Part shown: piece by piece, positions 27,801-39,589 of the stretch
Layout: each line of letters opens with the position of its first letter
Position numbering within the stretch: position 1 is the stretch's first letter
Source of the DNA: Tubulanus polymorphus
Taxonomy: Eukaryota; Animalia; Nemertea
Assembly (NCBI RefSeq): GCF_964204645.1
Contig: NC_134031.1
Coordinates: forward strand, 12,030,088 to 12,094,087
DNA: 64,000 nt
Reading direction: 5' to 3'
Made by a program: the position numbers and the translations under genes
Notes under the pieces: generated by a model
Database searches by the model: none
Told to the model about the DNA's origin: nothing
The model's input: the letters and a program-made list of their open reading frames with translations, nothing else

Positions 27801-30800
27801 TTTTTTCAATTGACAACCTCAGTCGTCATTCTGATAAAAATTACAAGCTTTGAACTTAGGGCTAATTCTTTGATGCACAAATGCTTGCATTAGAGGTTGT
27901 TACTATAAGGCACTAAAGCGTATACAAAAAGTATGGATGTATGGTGAAGGGGAGGGTAAGGTTCTAACTGAATGAGAGCTTCGCTGCAACAAAATTGGAT
28001 GAAAATAAATCATCATAATTTACCTGTCTCCACCAATAATCAGTCACCCCGTAATCATACCGCAATTCTGTTTTGGGGGGTATGTCCTTAATAGCAAAAA
28101 ATGCAATATGGGGCCTTCCTTCAGATATGACGGTTTTGGCTTTACAGTTTTCTTTGCCACCCCACCCATCATTGATGAGCCGTCCCAAACTACCATCATC
28201 AATTGAGGCATCAATGCTGAAATGGTAAAAGTCATATTTAGAGTATTCAATTAGGCCTAATATACTTTAAGAAGATGGGTGGTATCAAATTATGATACAG
28301 GCCTACAGGTAACAGTTAGGCTTTGAATGACTTATTTTAGTTAAAGTGTAAACTAAGTAGCCTGATGGGCAATATCTGGTTAGAAAATCAATAGACCTAC
28401 ATACCACAGAGAACTGAACTTTTTGTCTTGAAATTCAAAGACATATGTATCGTCATCCCCGATTTCCTTCACATCACGGAGTAGCCCACGATATTCCACC
28501 AAAAAATCCCCTCTACAAACTGCTTTCTTTGTGAATAATCCATATCCTTAATCAGAAAAAAGTATTATCTTTGATTAAAAACCATTCCTTCAGGTCCTAC
28601 ATTAAAACCTAGGGTCCAGGGACACCATGCCCAGATGAGAAAAGGTTTGAAATGCTCAACCATCTGGAAATGTTAATATTCAACGTCTGGTGAACTACAG
28701 AAACCATGACATAAATTTTGCATTGATTGTTTATTTATGTCTTTACTATGTATTGTGGTAACAAAATATGCCAATGTATTAATAGGTATGATATGGAAAT
28801 ACTCAGTTTCTGCTATTAAGTCAAGGAAGCTACCGATATAGGTTTTTGAGGATTTCAGACTGAGATTTTTGAGCTATATGGGCACCAAAAAGGTCACAGG
28901 ACGGACTTCTTGTGTCTGATCAACTCAATTGTTTTAATGCTGATGGGCCCCTGGGCATTAAAAATATTATTTGAAAGATCAAGATAATTGAAGCGTCTTA
29001 AAAGATTTCCCTTGAAAACATCAAAATCTGTAAAAATGCTGATTTCGGCAAACAGAAATCTGCCATCTTGATTCTGACAGGACCAGTCTTTGGGCTGTAG
29101 GTGTTTCAGGGTAATATATGTATAAACCAAACATCAATCCATGTGTTTTCTAACTTCCCAAAATAACTGGATTCTGTCTACGGACTGACACAACAGATAT
29201 TCTATAAAAAAGTGGATATCATACAGATGCAGCAGTAATTTAGTAAACTAGTGGTCCAGGGACACCACGCCCACTTGGGAAGTGGTTAGAAATGCTTAAC
29301 AAACGGAATATTCAACGCCCCCTGGTGAACATATTAAGAAAGCAATGACCTTACAACTCACCACAATCAATGATGGAACATGTCATGAGCTACAATTTTG
29401 TAATTGATTGTGGTTACAAAATATCCTTAGAGACCAATACAATATGAAAATACTAATATAATATAATAAAAGTTATTTAGCTCTTCAATGCCCCTGGTGG
29501 CCTAGGGCCGATTCTTTTATGCAGTACGGATAATCCGGACGCTCCATTTCCATTCTTTTATTGATCAGGTGACTATTTCTGGAGAGTTCGGAGAGTCCAT
29601 TCTCTCCAATCTGTCGACCGGTGTGATTGCGGAGAGACCACGTGACAAAATGGCGACGCATGAATTTTGCCTCCTAAAACTCAGAAAAGTTACGGAAGCC
29701 GCCATTTTGATTCTCAACAACTATTCCATTATGCACAAATCAGGATATTCAATCCGGAGAATACGGACTGCATAAAAGAATCGGCCCCATAATCATAGAA
29801 TATGTCACAAGATACAATTTTGCCATTCATTGTGGTTACCATACCAATGACCTTGAAACTCATACAAAATATCAATAGGTACCAATTCTGTAATTCTGTA
29901 TGTAATTCTATATTCAACTCTCCCTGGTGGTGAGAACAAAAACCCGGGTAACCCCAATTCCACGTGAGGAGATGAATACTATGACAGCGATACTATAGGC
30001 CTATATCAAATATCAAGACTATAAGTCAAAACTTGTCCATAGTTTCCTTCAAAAACCTTTTTCTGAGGACTGATGACACGAAGATGGTCACTGATTGCAT
30101 CACGCTTGACTGATCAAAGTATCTGTCTGATAGGCCTGTGTAAGAGCCCTTCTCATAGTATAACCAGATCTCGGAATTCAGGCCAAAAATGACCTTGGGC
30201 ATAAAAAAGGTCACATGATGGCCATGTTAAGTCTGATCTACACAATTTTTCTTATGCTGATGCACCGGGGATACAAACAGATGTGAATGATCAAGATAAT
30301 TGATCAAAGGGTTTCAAAATTTCCCTTAATAACATCAAAAATATGTAAAAAGTGCTGATTTTGCTGAACAACAATGGCAACCAGTCGGCCATCTTGATTC
30401 TGATCAGGCCAGTTTTCGGGCAGAAGATGTATCTAGATACATGTAAAAACTAAAGATCAAGACAATCCATTGAAGCGACTTCAAAACTTCCCAAAAGAAC
30501 TTGATTCCGTCTATGGACAAACGGACGACAGATGAAAAGTGAACGCAATAGTCCACTGGGACTTAAGTCCCAAGTGGGCTAAAGATTATGTTGTCCTCAT
30601 TATATATCAAAAACACTTCTCGGCCTATAGGCCTCATTAGGTTTAGGATAGGGTTGGGGTCTAGAAGGTCAGGAGGGTTAGGGTTTGATAGGGTTAAAAC
30701 ATTCCATTTAGGTATAATTTAGCCTACCTATTTCGCTATTGACAACTTTTTTTTCGAATGCCTCTTCTGGATCTTTGCCAAATTTAATAAATTCAAGAGC

Positions 30801-30830
30801 CACCTGACTTGGTGTCATGCGTCTCGGCAT
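15632..30830 (-). CDS. Multi-exon gene for a SET - repeat linker - OTU - zinc finger - tyrosine recombinase - Myb/SANT-like protein (~1530 aa, 27 coding exons)
   Basis: Manual model: 30830-30728, 28546-28405, 28216-28024, 27271-27241, 25679-25608, twelve 66-nt exons (25513-25448 down to 23731-23666), 23569-23510, 22670-22608, 22297-22253, 21795-21724, 20549-18341, 18253-18116, 17447-17318, 16429-16234, 16122-15985, 15840-15632. All junctions are GT-AG and phase-compatible; total 4593 nt with no internal stop. The small linker exons are less certain than the domain exons. Confidence 0.8.
16234..18253 (-). CDS. Tyrosine recombinase catalytic exons (18253-18116, 17447-17318, 16429-16234)
   Basis: IEIRGKS (catalytic Lys), RSTKLRSFFAT (box II Arg), ADHMGHDVKIHADVY (His and nucleophile Tyr), in the order expected for tyrosine recombinases; splice phases match. 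Confidence 0.88.
16785..17050 (-). repeat. Inverted, diverged copies of the 91-bp minisatellite inside an intron
   Basis: Three copies of atgtagaattgtgggacatacataaatag... Confidence 0.8.
18341..20549 (-). CDS. Large exon: vertnin-like OTU domain, acidic/basic tract, Cys/His zinc fingers, N-terminal part of tyrosine recombinase
   Basis: 744-aa ORF in the track. OTU: VSGDGNCLFNAVS ... ELRVRTCIEM ... PDHFAPLLP. Zinc motifs CLYC...HLCSIH and CEFC...HATRC. Recombinase box I-like VLFNQRRISEV. Acceptor ttatcttcag at 20550, donor GTAATT at 18340. Confidence 0.9.
22985..23495 (-). repeat. Inverted, diverged copies of the 91-bp minisatellite inside an intron
   Basis: Repeated ctgaatgtagaattgtaggacatat...agtaaaatcacttcat, the reverse complement of the 33-36 kb unit. 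Confidence 0.85.
23585..25610 (-). repeat. 162-bp tandem array; each unit is a 66-nt phase 1-1 exon plus a 96-nt intron (12 copies)
   Basis: cttaccagaacacgtg recurs at 23661, 23823, ... 25443 with exact 162 spacing. The minus strand reads ttttctag|ATAATG...TGTTCTG|gtaagt, encoding DNVLTSKCSSDDSKQVSEFTCS. Confidence 0.95.
28024..28546 (-). CDS. SET domain exons (28546-28405 and 28216-28024), PR-Set7/KMT5A-like lysine methyltransferase fold
   Basis: GYGLFTKKAVCRGDFLVEYRG ... CIDASIDDGSLGRLINDG ... PHIAFFAIKDIPPKTELRYDYG. Classic SET motifs (GxGxF, EYxG, ELxYDYG); the NH of RxxNHS is ND here. Confidence 0.9.
28609..30582 (+). mobile_element. Helentron/HINE-like non-autonomous element(s) in the first coding intron of the recombinase gene
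   Basis: 5' motif ctag(t)ggtccagggacacca at 28609 and 29249; diverged core repeats containing cccctggtg; short ggac/gaca repeat; terminal hairpin ccactgggacttaagtcccaagtggg. Confidence 0.55.
29504..29788. mobile_element. MITE (PIF/Harbinger-like) nested in the HINE-like element
   Basis: TIR gggccgattcttttatgcagt ... actgcataaaagaatcggccc. Confidence 0.8.
30728..30830 (-). CDS. First coding exon (MPRRMTPSQVALEFIKFGKDPEEAFEKKVVNSEIG), start of SET domain
   Basis: Acceptor tttttcag just upstream of the ATG; GTAGG donor; phase 1 matches the next exon, giving IGYGLF. Confidence 0.75.
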
Positions 30831-32818
30831 CTCACCTGAAAAATACAACCAAGAATAAGGTGCTATGATAATGGGCAGGCTTATTTGTATCTTTGCCCTA
30901 TTAACCGAGATATTAATACTGCAAATTGGGCAGAACACAAATCCTCACCTTGAAACATAAAAAAAATAAAAAAGAATTAAGCGATTGATTTTTGCAAAAA
31001 AAAAACCATTTAGACCAACGGCCACGTCACTGCATATCATATCAATAGCAGTAGCACTTGATATAAATTACAAAAATTGGCTGTCAAAAATATACAATAA
31101 AGAAAAAATTCATTGTGCAACACCGGTGCTTAGTTCCAAGCTTCAAGGCCTAAATATGCTAGAATTCTGTATCACTATAGGCCTACTACTAGGGGGCCTA
31201 AATAAGTGAAACTAATTAGTAAGCAGGCATGGCTATAGGCCGGTCCATGTCCTACAATGAACCTGTAACAATGACAGGTTGGTACCGGTATTTGGATTAT
31301 AATCTAGGCTGATTCAGCAGGTTAGCTGTAGCCTACTGTGCAGTGGTAAAAGTATCAGCCTGTAGCGCGGAATATCAGTCAGCACATCAGGTTTGGTTTC
31401 TATGATGATCGGACTGTTTTACAAACCACGACAATTCCTATACCGGTAGGTATTTGTAGGCCTATTTGTATATACTCTAGGGCCTCTCTAAGTTCTGGAT
31501 ATTATCAACGTTAGCAGTAAAAGTACAAATTACAAGCCTATCTGAGATGACTCGGTCAAGACTAGAGATAGGGCCTAATACTACTAGTAAGGTCAGATGT
31601 AGTCTAGTACCTAGCCGTTGTTTTCCAAACAGGTTGTAGGTAGGGAACCGTAACAACAACTGTTGAACAGCAGTTGTTACAGTCTGTTCAGACTAGTACT
31701 AGGTCAGATGGTATTCAGGCCATCAGGGATTAGCTGGGAGGAGGCCTTTATTTTATTAGATAATAGCTTACCACCAACCGATTACTAAATACTAACAAGG
31801 ACAGGTTACTCACATCCAATGTGCTAGTGCTGGTGTACTATAGGCCTATAAGTATAGTTGAATGTGTGTGTAAATGAATTTAGCGTTTTCTGCAATCCTG
31901 ATTAGAAATGCGGTACAATGTATGTCAATATAAGAAATTTTGTAGCCAGAATTTTAATGAAACGGGCGTAAATGTAGTAATGAAAATATTGCACGTCCAC
32001 CGGTTGTTTACAACGCAGCAACGACCTTCAACGTAGTCTGAATACCGGTCGTTGTTACCGGTTCCCTAGAACGACGGCTAGGTACAAGACTACCTTCAAC
32101 GCAGCAACGAACTAACCGGTAGCCCTAAATACCGAACAAAACCGTTAAATACCGACTTTATGTCACTAATCAATTTTAGATGCGGGCATAAGGCTAATTT
32201 ATTTTCGTGTGAAATCGATCTTTTTGGGATATTTCGCTTAACTTTTTGAACACATACCCTAAATTGGTCTTAACGACCAGTGTACGGTAACTGTGCAGCC
32301 TGAATAAATCCTCGTTTTATAGCCATTTTAGACTGTATTGAATTATTGCCAAAGGGTTTTCATTTTCTCGTGTCGAAAACAGAAAAGATCAGCCATTTTT
32401 TGAAATTCTAAGATGTTTCTTGTGTTTCCGTGCCTACGAACCATGATTTTCTTTGAATAATTTGCAAACATTTTCAAATGGCAAGGGCCTAGGCATAGAA
32501 AAATATTGTTAAAATTGATTTACGTAACGGTAGTTCATTAAATGGGGTCTATTTTCTCTAATTGAAATGAGTTAAAGAAGACTTTTTTTTAGTAATCCTC
32601 CAATGCAAAACAGTTTAAAATGGATAAAACGATGATTTACTTACAGTTTCACTGGTCGTATTAAGACCTAATTGAGGTACCCGGTATGTGTTGAAAAGTT
32701 TAGTTTATAGGGAACTCAAAAAATCGATGTCAGACCAAAAAAAAATTAGAATTTAGGAACGGACATGCAGATATGTCAGGCATACACTGCTAGTCTATTC
32801 ACTTTTGTGTTTCATCAG

Positions 32819-33025
32819 TTTTCTCGAGATAATTTGTAACTTTTGTGAGCAAATACTTCAAACTAATGCCATTCAAGCCAGAACTGTGCAGTCGGACATC
32901 GTTTTTGTATTCATCTTAAACACTGTATTGAAGGATTGTTAAAAAGTCTTCTTAAACTTATTTATGACAGAGAAAAGAGACTTCACGAATCGCACCGGTT
33001 CTTGAAAGATCATAATTACATCAGG
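32819..33025 (+). pseudogene. Frameshifted RING-finger-like exon remnant, divergent to the recombinase gene
   Basis: After acceptor tttcatcag: FLEIICNFCEQILQTNAIQA, then a one-base shift to NCAVGHRFCIHLKHC...KDHNY. The last CxxC of a RING is missing. Confidence 0.35.
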
Positions 33026-33054
33026 GCAATATCTAATCTTGCATTGATTGTACT

Positions 33055-36000
33055 AGTCATGTCCTACAATTCTACATTCAGTTATGTGGCATATAAAACC
33101 CATCATATCTGGACACTACCTAATCATAAAATGATTTTACTATTTATGTCTATTACTACATATGTCCTACAATTCTATATATACAATTCTATATCGCTGG
33201 CATATAAAACCCTTCATATTGGCACATTTCGTAATGATGAAGTGATTTTACTATTTTTATATGTCCTACAAATCTATAATTAGTTAGGCAGCATAGAAAA
33301 CTCGACTCGTAAGAAACTACCTACGGTAATCATAAAGCATTTTACTATTTATATATGTCTTACAATACTGCATCAGCTAAGTGCAGTACAAATTTATATT
33401 CAGTTAGGTGGCATATAAAACTATCATATCAGGGCGCTATTTGTGGATGTCTTACAATTCTACATTCAGTTGCGTGGCATATAAACCCACGGCATCAGGA
33501 CACTGCCTGATAATTTTACTATTCGTATATTTCCTACAAATCTACATACATTTTAAGTGGCGTATAAAACCATTCATATTAGGACAATGGACACTCTCTA
33601 ATTATGAAGTGATTTTACTATTTATATATGTCCTACAATTCTACCTTCAGTTAAGTGGCATATAAAACCCTTTATATTGGGACACTCTCTAATGATGAAG
33701 TGATTTTACTATTTATATATGTCCTACAATTCTACCTTCAGTTAAGTGGAATATAAAACCGTTTATATTGGGACACTCTCTAATTATGAAGTGATTTTAC
33801 TATTTATATATGTCCTACAATTCTACCTTCAGTTAAGTGGAATATAAAACCCTTTATATTGGGACACTCTCTAATTATGAAGTGATTTTACTATTTATAT
33901 ATGTCCTACAATTCTACCTTCAGTTAAGTGGCATATAAAACCCTTTATATTGGGACACTCTCTAATGATGAAGTGATTTTACTATTTATATATGTCCTAC
34001 AATTCTACCTTCAGTTAAGTGGAATATAAAACCCTTTATATTGGGACACTCTCTAATTATGAAGTGATTTTACTATTCATATATGTCCTACAATTCTACA
34101 TTCAGTTAAGTGGCATATAAAACCCTTTATATTGGGACACTCTCTAATGATGAAGTGATTTTACTATTTATATATGTCCTACAATTCTACATTCAGTTAA
34201 GTGGAATATAAAACCCTTTATATTGGGACACTCTCTAATGATGAAGTGATTTTACTATTTATATATGTCCTACAATTCTACCTTCAGTTAAGTGGAATAT
34301 AAAACCCTTTATATTGGGACACTCTAATTATGAAGTGATTTTACTATTTATGTATGCCCTACAATTCTTTAATCAGTTTCGCAACATATAGAACTCATCA
34401 TCAAATTTATATTCATTTAGGGGGTATTTAAAACTATTCATGTCAGGACACTACCGAATCCTGAAATGATTTTACTATTTGTGTAGGTCCTACAATTGTA
34501 CATGATCAGTTGCGTGGCATATAAAACCTACGGCATCAGGACACTGCCTAATGATTTTACTATTCGTACATGTCCTACAAATCTACATACATTTTAAGTG
34601 GCGTATAAAACCATTCATATTAGGACAATGGATAATCATGCCATTATTTTACTATTTGATTATGTCCTGCAATTCTACATCCAATTAAGTGGCACATATA
34701 TCGGGACACTGCCTAATCGTGAAGTGATTTCACTATTTATATATGTCTTACAATTCTACATCCAGTTAAATGTCATATGAAAAAAATCGTTCATACCTAT
34801 TGGGACACTCTCTAATTATGAAGTGATTTTACTATTCGTATATGTCCTACAATTCTACATACATTTAAGTTGCGTATAAAACCATTAGTGTCAGGACACT
34901 AGATAATCATGGCGTTATTTCACTATTTAAATATGCCCTGCAATTCTACATTCAAGTAAGTGGCATATAAAAACATTAAAATCCGGACACTACCCAATCA
35001 TGCAGTAATATTATTTATCAAAAATCCATAGGAGCAAAAACAATACAAATCTCATTTTCTAATGAGTAATATATATTTATTATAGTAAACGTTTTCGGGA
35101 GTTACATTATCCCCTCTTCAGGCATAGCGCGCAAGTGATTAAATTTTCATATAATACGTTTTTAGATAATTAACTACTAGTCAAATATATTCACTCAGTA
35201 ATTTAGATTGTGTATAATTAATTATCTTTATATTGTAATCATCTTGTCACTCAGTTAATTGAAATTGTTTGTAATTAGCTTCGTCCTATTCTATATAAAT
35301 ACCAGTATGATATGAACATTTAATCACTTGCGCGCTATGCCTGAAGAGGGGATAATGTTACTCCGGAAAACGTTCGCTACAATAAATATATATTACTCAT
35401 TACAAAATGCGATTTGTATGGTTTTTGCTCCTATGGATTTTTAATTATCTTGACCCTCTACCTAAGAACTAATATTATTTATATATGTCCTGTAATTCTA
35501 CATTACGCTGCGTGGCATACAAAAGCATATCAGGACACTGCCTAATCATGAAATGATTTTACTATTCATATATGTCCTACAAATTTACATACATTTAAGT
35601 GGCGTATAAAAACCCTTCGTATCAGCCCACTAGATAATCGCGACGTTATTTTACTATTCATTATGTCCCGCAATTCTACATTCAGTAAAGTGGCATATAA
35701 AACCCACCATATCTGGACACTCCCTAATGATGAAGTGATTTTACTATTTATATATGTCCTACAATTCTACATGCAGTAAAATAGCATATAAAACCCATCA
35801 TATCACACACTACCTAATTATGAAGTGATTTTACTAATTGTATCTACACATCTACATTCAGTTTATTGGCATATAAAACTATTCATATCTGGACACTACC
35901 TAATCATAGAGTTATTATAATATTCATATTACACACTACCTAATTATGAAGTGATTTTACTAATTGTATCTACACATCTACATTCAGTTTATTGGCATAT

Positions 36001-36135
36001 AAAACTATTCATATCTGGACACTACCTAGTCACAGAGTTATTATAATATTCATGTCCCCCAATTATGCATTCATTTAAGTGGCATATAAAATCAATTATA
36101 TCAAGACACTACGTAATCATGACGTGATTTTACTA
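33055..36135 (+). repeat. 91-bp minisatellite array with a homogeneous core (~33590-34370) and diverged flanks
   Basis: gtcctacaattctac...atgaagtgattttactatttatatat recurs at 33630, 33721, 33812, 33903, 33994, 34085, 34176 and 34267. Confidence 0.95.
35019..35469 (+). mobile_element. Short Penelope-like insertion: ~125-bp inverted repeats with hammerhead-like cores
   Basis: Arms ~35020-35150 and ~35310-35442 are reverse complements. 13-bp duplication taatattatttat at 35006 and 35470. CTGAAGA-stem-GAAAACGTT followed by AATAAA. Confidence 0.6.
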
Positions 36136-37799
36136 CAGTCAATCTTGGTGTTTGCCTATCACTCAGGACTCGGCTTTTTAGTATAGATTAGGTGATGTAC
36201 GGATACAAGATAACCCATAGTTCTACTAATGAATTATCAACCATATAAACTGATTTAAGTGCATAACCAGTACAATAGCCGGTTTACAGATGTTTAGATT
36301 GTCTACGTAAACTCTTGAACTTAAACTACTATCACACTTGAAAGCAATACGAAATACCAGCCATCATTAAATGGAGAAGCTTTAGACTTAGACATTGAGC
36401 GATTACTTCTAAGTTACTCATATTTCCCACTGACCTCAATTACTAAATTAGTTGTTAATATTCTTTTCACTACAGATGTAGGTCTACGTTCCCGACAACT
36501 GATACGGGTTACATACATAGTCTAACATAGAAATGGAGAATGGGTCTACGAATTATTGAGTACAAATTAGACACACAGGGAATGGAAGCAATATATTGTA
36601 AGAACAAGCACTTATAATGATAAAGCGGGGATGGCATAGCCGAGGTTGACTGTATTCTATTTGTTCCCTGGTACTAACTACAGATAAGGAAAAAACCTTC
36701 CTATCTGAATACTGCCTGATAACAAAATGATTTTCATGATTATGCAATATGGCCTACAATTCTATTAAGCATATCAAGCGTATTTGTTTGTATCATTAAA
36801 TATCCCATAAATGGTTTCTGACAATGACAACTACTTTTGAGTTTATCAAGTCGGCAAACCATGGTTTTGATGATTTCAAAATATCAATGCAATACATACT
36901 TCGGACAATAAACAGTAATGATACACTTGTATTGATCTAATCAAAGAATGAAGTCCATCTCTATTCGATTTACATAAAAAAGAATTCCTTCAATGCAGTG
37001 TATGTAAAACGAATAAAGAATCGACGGTTAAGTTCAAAGCACGTGCTGGTCGTTTTAAGGCATGTACCTCTAAAGCAGAGTACATAATGGTACCCTTCGT
37101 CCATTTAAAAAAGTTGAAATATACTGCATTTGGCCTATGGATAAATGTCTCCAATGATGTTACATGTAAAAAGGACATGCAAGATCGGCAAACTAATAAA
37201 GAAAGCTTACCTTTTTCCTTTTTGGCTAGGCTTAGACTCAATGTTCTCGCATCACCGCGAATAGTAACTGGACATGCGCATTGACCTATCGGTCGGGTTC
37301 ATTGTTTGCTGTAGGAGATGAACCCTACCGAACCTCGAAGCAAAGGATTATTTTAATTGCCCAATGAATTTCATATGAACAATGTGTTGAGAACACGCGT
37401 TTTTGGAAAAAAATATATCTTAATGTTCTTGAAGATTCTTGCAGTTTGTAAGTGTAAATCATATACACACTACACAGCCGTACACCCTGCTCTGCTCTGT
37501 ATGGGCTCTCCCGAACTTCCGGAGTTCTGCCAGGTGATGGTTTCTCCTAACTTCTGACGTAGAAAAAGGGGCGGAGCTTATCTGTTCTAACCGTCAGATG
37601 GGGCTGCTGTATTGCTTTATATATAAATATCTTTGTCAGACCCGATTACGCCTACGACTGCAAGTGGGTGATTGAACAATTTTCTGAGCGTTTGCAAGGT
37701 GTAACAATTACGGGACACTTTGTATGCCCCGTAATTTTTCACCACCCCGCAACAAGGAAATTAAAAAGACAAACGCCCCGTTAATCGTACATTATCTTA

Positions 37800-37800
<1 letters not shown>

Positions 37801-37853
<53 letters not shown>

Positions 37854-37872
37854 ATATATATATATTGATATA
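37801..37872. repeat. (TA)n microsatellite, right flank of the large element
   Basis: TA run begins immediately after ...attatcttag. Confidence 0.98.
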
Positions 37873-38973
37873 TTGTTATGCGAGTGGATGTACAGTCAGA
37901 CGTCGTTTTTGTGTCGATAATCAATAAAGAATCGATAAAGAAAATTTAACATTCTCTTAGTTTAGAAGACTCTTGAGAATTGGTATCATGTGCGTATCAT
38001 ATGTATGCTACGGACGATTCTGAAGCCGCGGGCGGCCTGAGTTCAGCGTTCTTTACGTTTTAGAACATCATAAATGTCTTGTAGTATGTGGAAATATCAG
38101 AGATATCATTACTACTATCACACCTGGAAGGTGGGAGAGATAGAACCTAGGATTTATGCGTTAAGGTGGGACAGGCTTTCCTTGTTTTTAAGTACTTTCT
38201 GTCCTGTCTGTACAGGGTCCATGTGTGTTGCAGGGTTGTGACCGCTCCCTTCAAATCGGCCTTCAGCGTCAACTGTACATTTATATCCTGTAGTCAAAAG
38301 ACTGCGATGGGTTCTGACCGATTCGGTGTGGGCCCCGTGGTTGGGGGTCTTGGATATCGAGTAAATGTTGAGAAAATGACACACAGGGACTGTATAGACT
38401 GCCCTTAGCATCAGAAATCAGTGTTGCCCAGCCTCTAACGGCCCTGCGGGCCTAATTTCCTTATAATCGAGAAAACAAAAAGGTCGTGATTCGGTCAAAT
38501 AGTCAATAATGCAATACATCGGCCATATACATCGATGATACCGGTCAAAATCTATCATTCTGTTAAATAAATATACAAAAGAAGTTTCTTAATTACAATC
38601 GTATCTTAAATTCAAAATTTTGTAATTCGAGCCCGATTTTAATCGTTGCGTGGTGATACATTAGGAATAGTAAGTGATTGACAAGTAAGCTGCGTCATGT
38701 TTAACAGCGTCGATCGTTGGTTGTGTCGTGGATTACTCGTCTTTATTGTATCCGTATAAAGTCTAAGGTGAGTGTCAGCAATTAATGTGTATAGTTTATT
38801 CCTCATGAATGCACGGAGGGCCTCTAAATAGTGTGAATAGACGTTGATAACATTGAGAATCACTGCTATGGTTTGTTAGGCCTGCAGTACTGGTATGCGC
38901 GCGTGTTGTTGCCGACACTGGCCTCCACTTCAAAAATTATGAAAGAAATATTAGAAATAATTAACATCTGATA

Positions 38974-39589
38974 CAGTGGTTAGATTCTAAAAATTGTAGG
39001 TGCTCTATTAATTGAGCACCTAGATTTGGTAAGGTGCTCAACTGGAATTTTGTTAATGTGATGAAGAGAGCGCCATAGGCGCGAAGTCCCTCGTGGGGGG
39101 TCTGGGGGCCCTCCCCCGAATAATTTCGAACTGTAGGGGCTTGGAAATGCTATTTCGAGGCATTTTTCATCTTTGAATGCTGTTAATTAAATTACCCAAT
39201 AGATGGAAAGTTTTTATGCAAATAAGTTGAAAAAAATATCGCAGATTGTGGATCATACAAATCTTCCAGTTTTCAGTATAGAGCAGGTAAGTTATCCCCT
39301 AGCTGGTTCCTCACAAGATCTGACACAGGATGCAACATGATAGAAGATGATTTTAGCTGGAATCTCCACACTGCAAGGATACTTATACTTACTTTCTATT
39401 TTACAAGTTATTGGGAAATCAAGAAACTTTCTACTTTGCACCAAGGTTTTGGGAAATCAATAAACTTTCTACAATTTTGCGTGCGCTTTTGAATAAGACT
39501 TAGGTGCGCTGTGAGTAGCGCTTCTACGAGATATTTCACGTGCGTGTAGGCGCGCGAGCGCGATTGCGCGCCTCAAAATCTAACCTCTG
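38974..39589. mobile_element. hAT-like MITE with 6-bp ctgata duplication
   Basis: cagtggttagatt ... aatctaacctctg flanked by ctgata on both sides. Confidence 0.7.

Noticed and set aside
33408-34780. Short ORFs in the 91-bp array
   Set aside because: Unit length is not a multiple of three; these are satellite translations.
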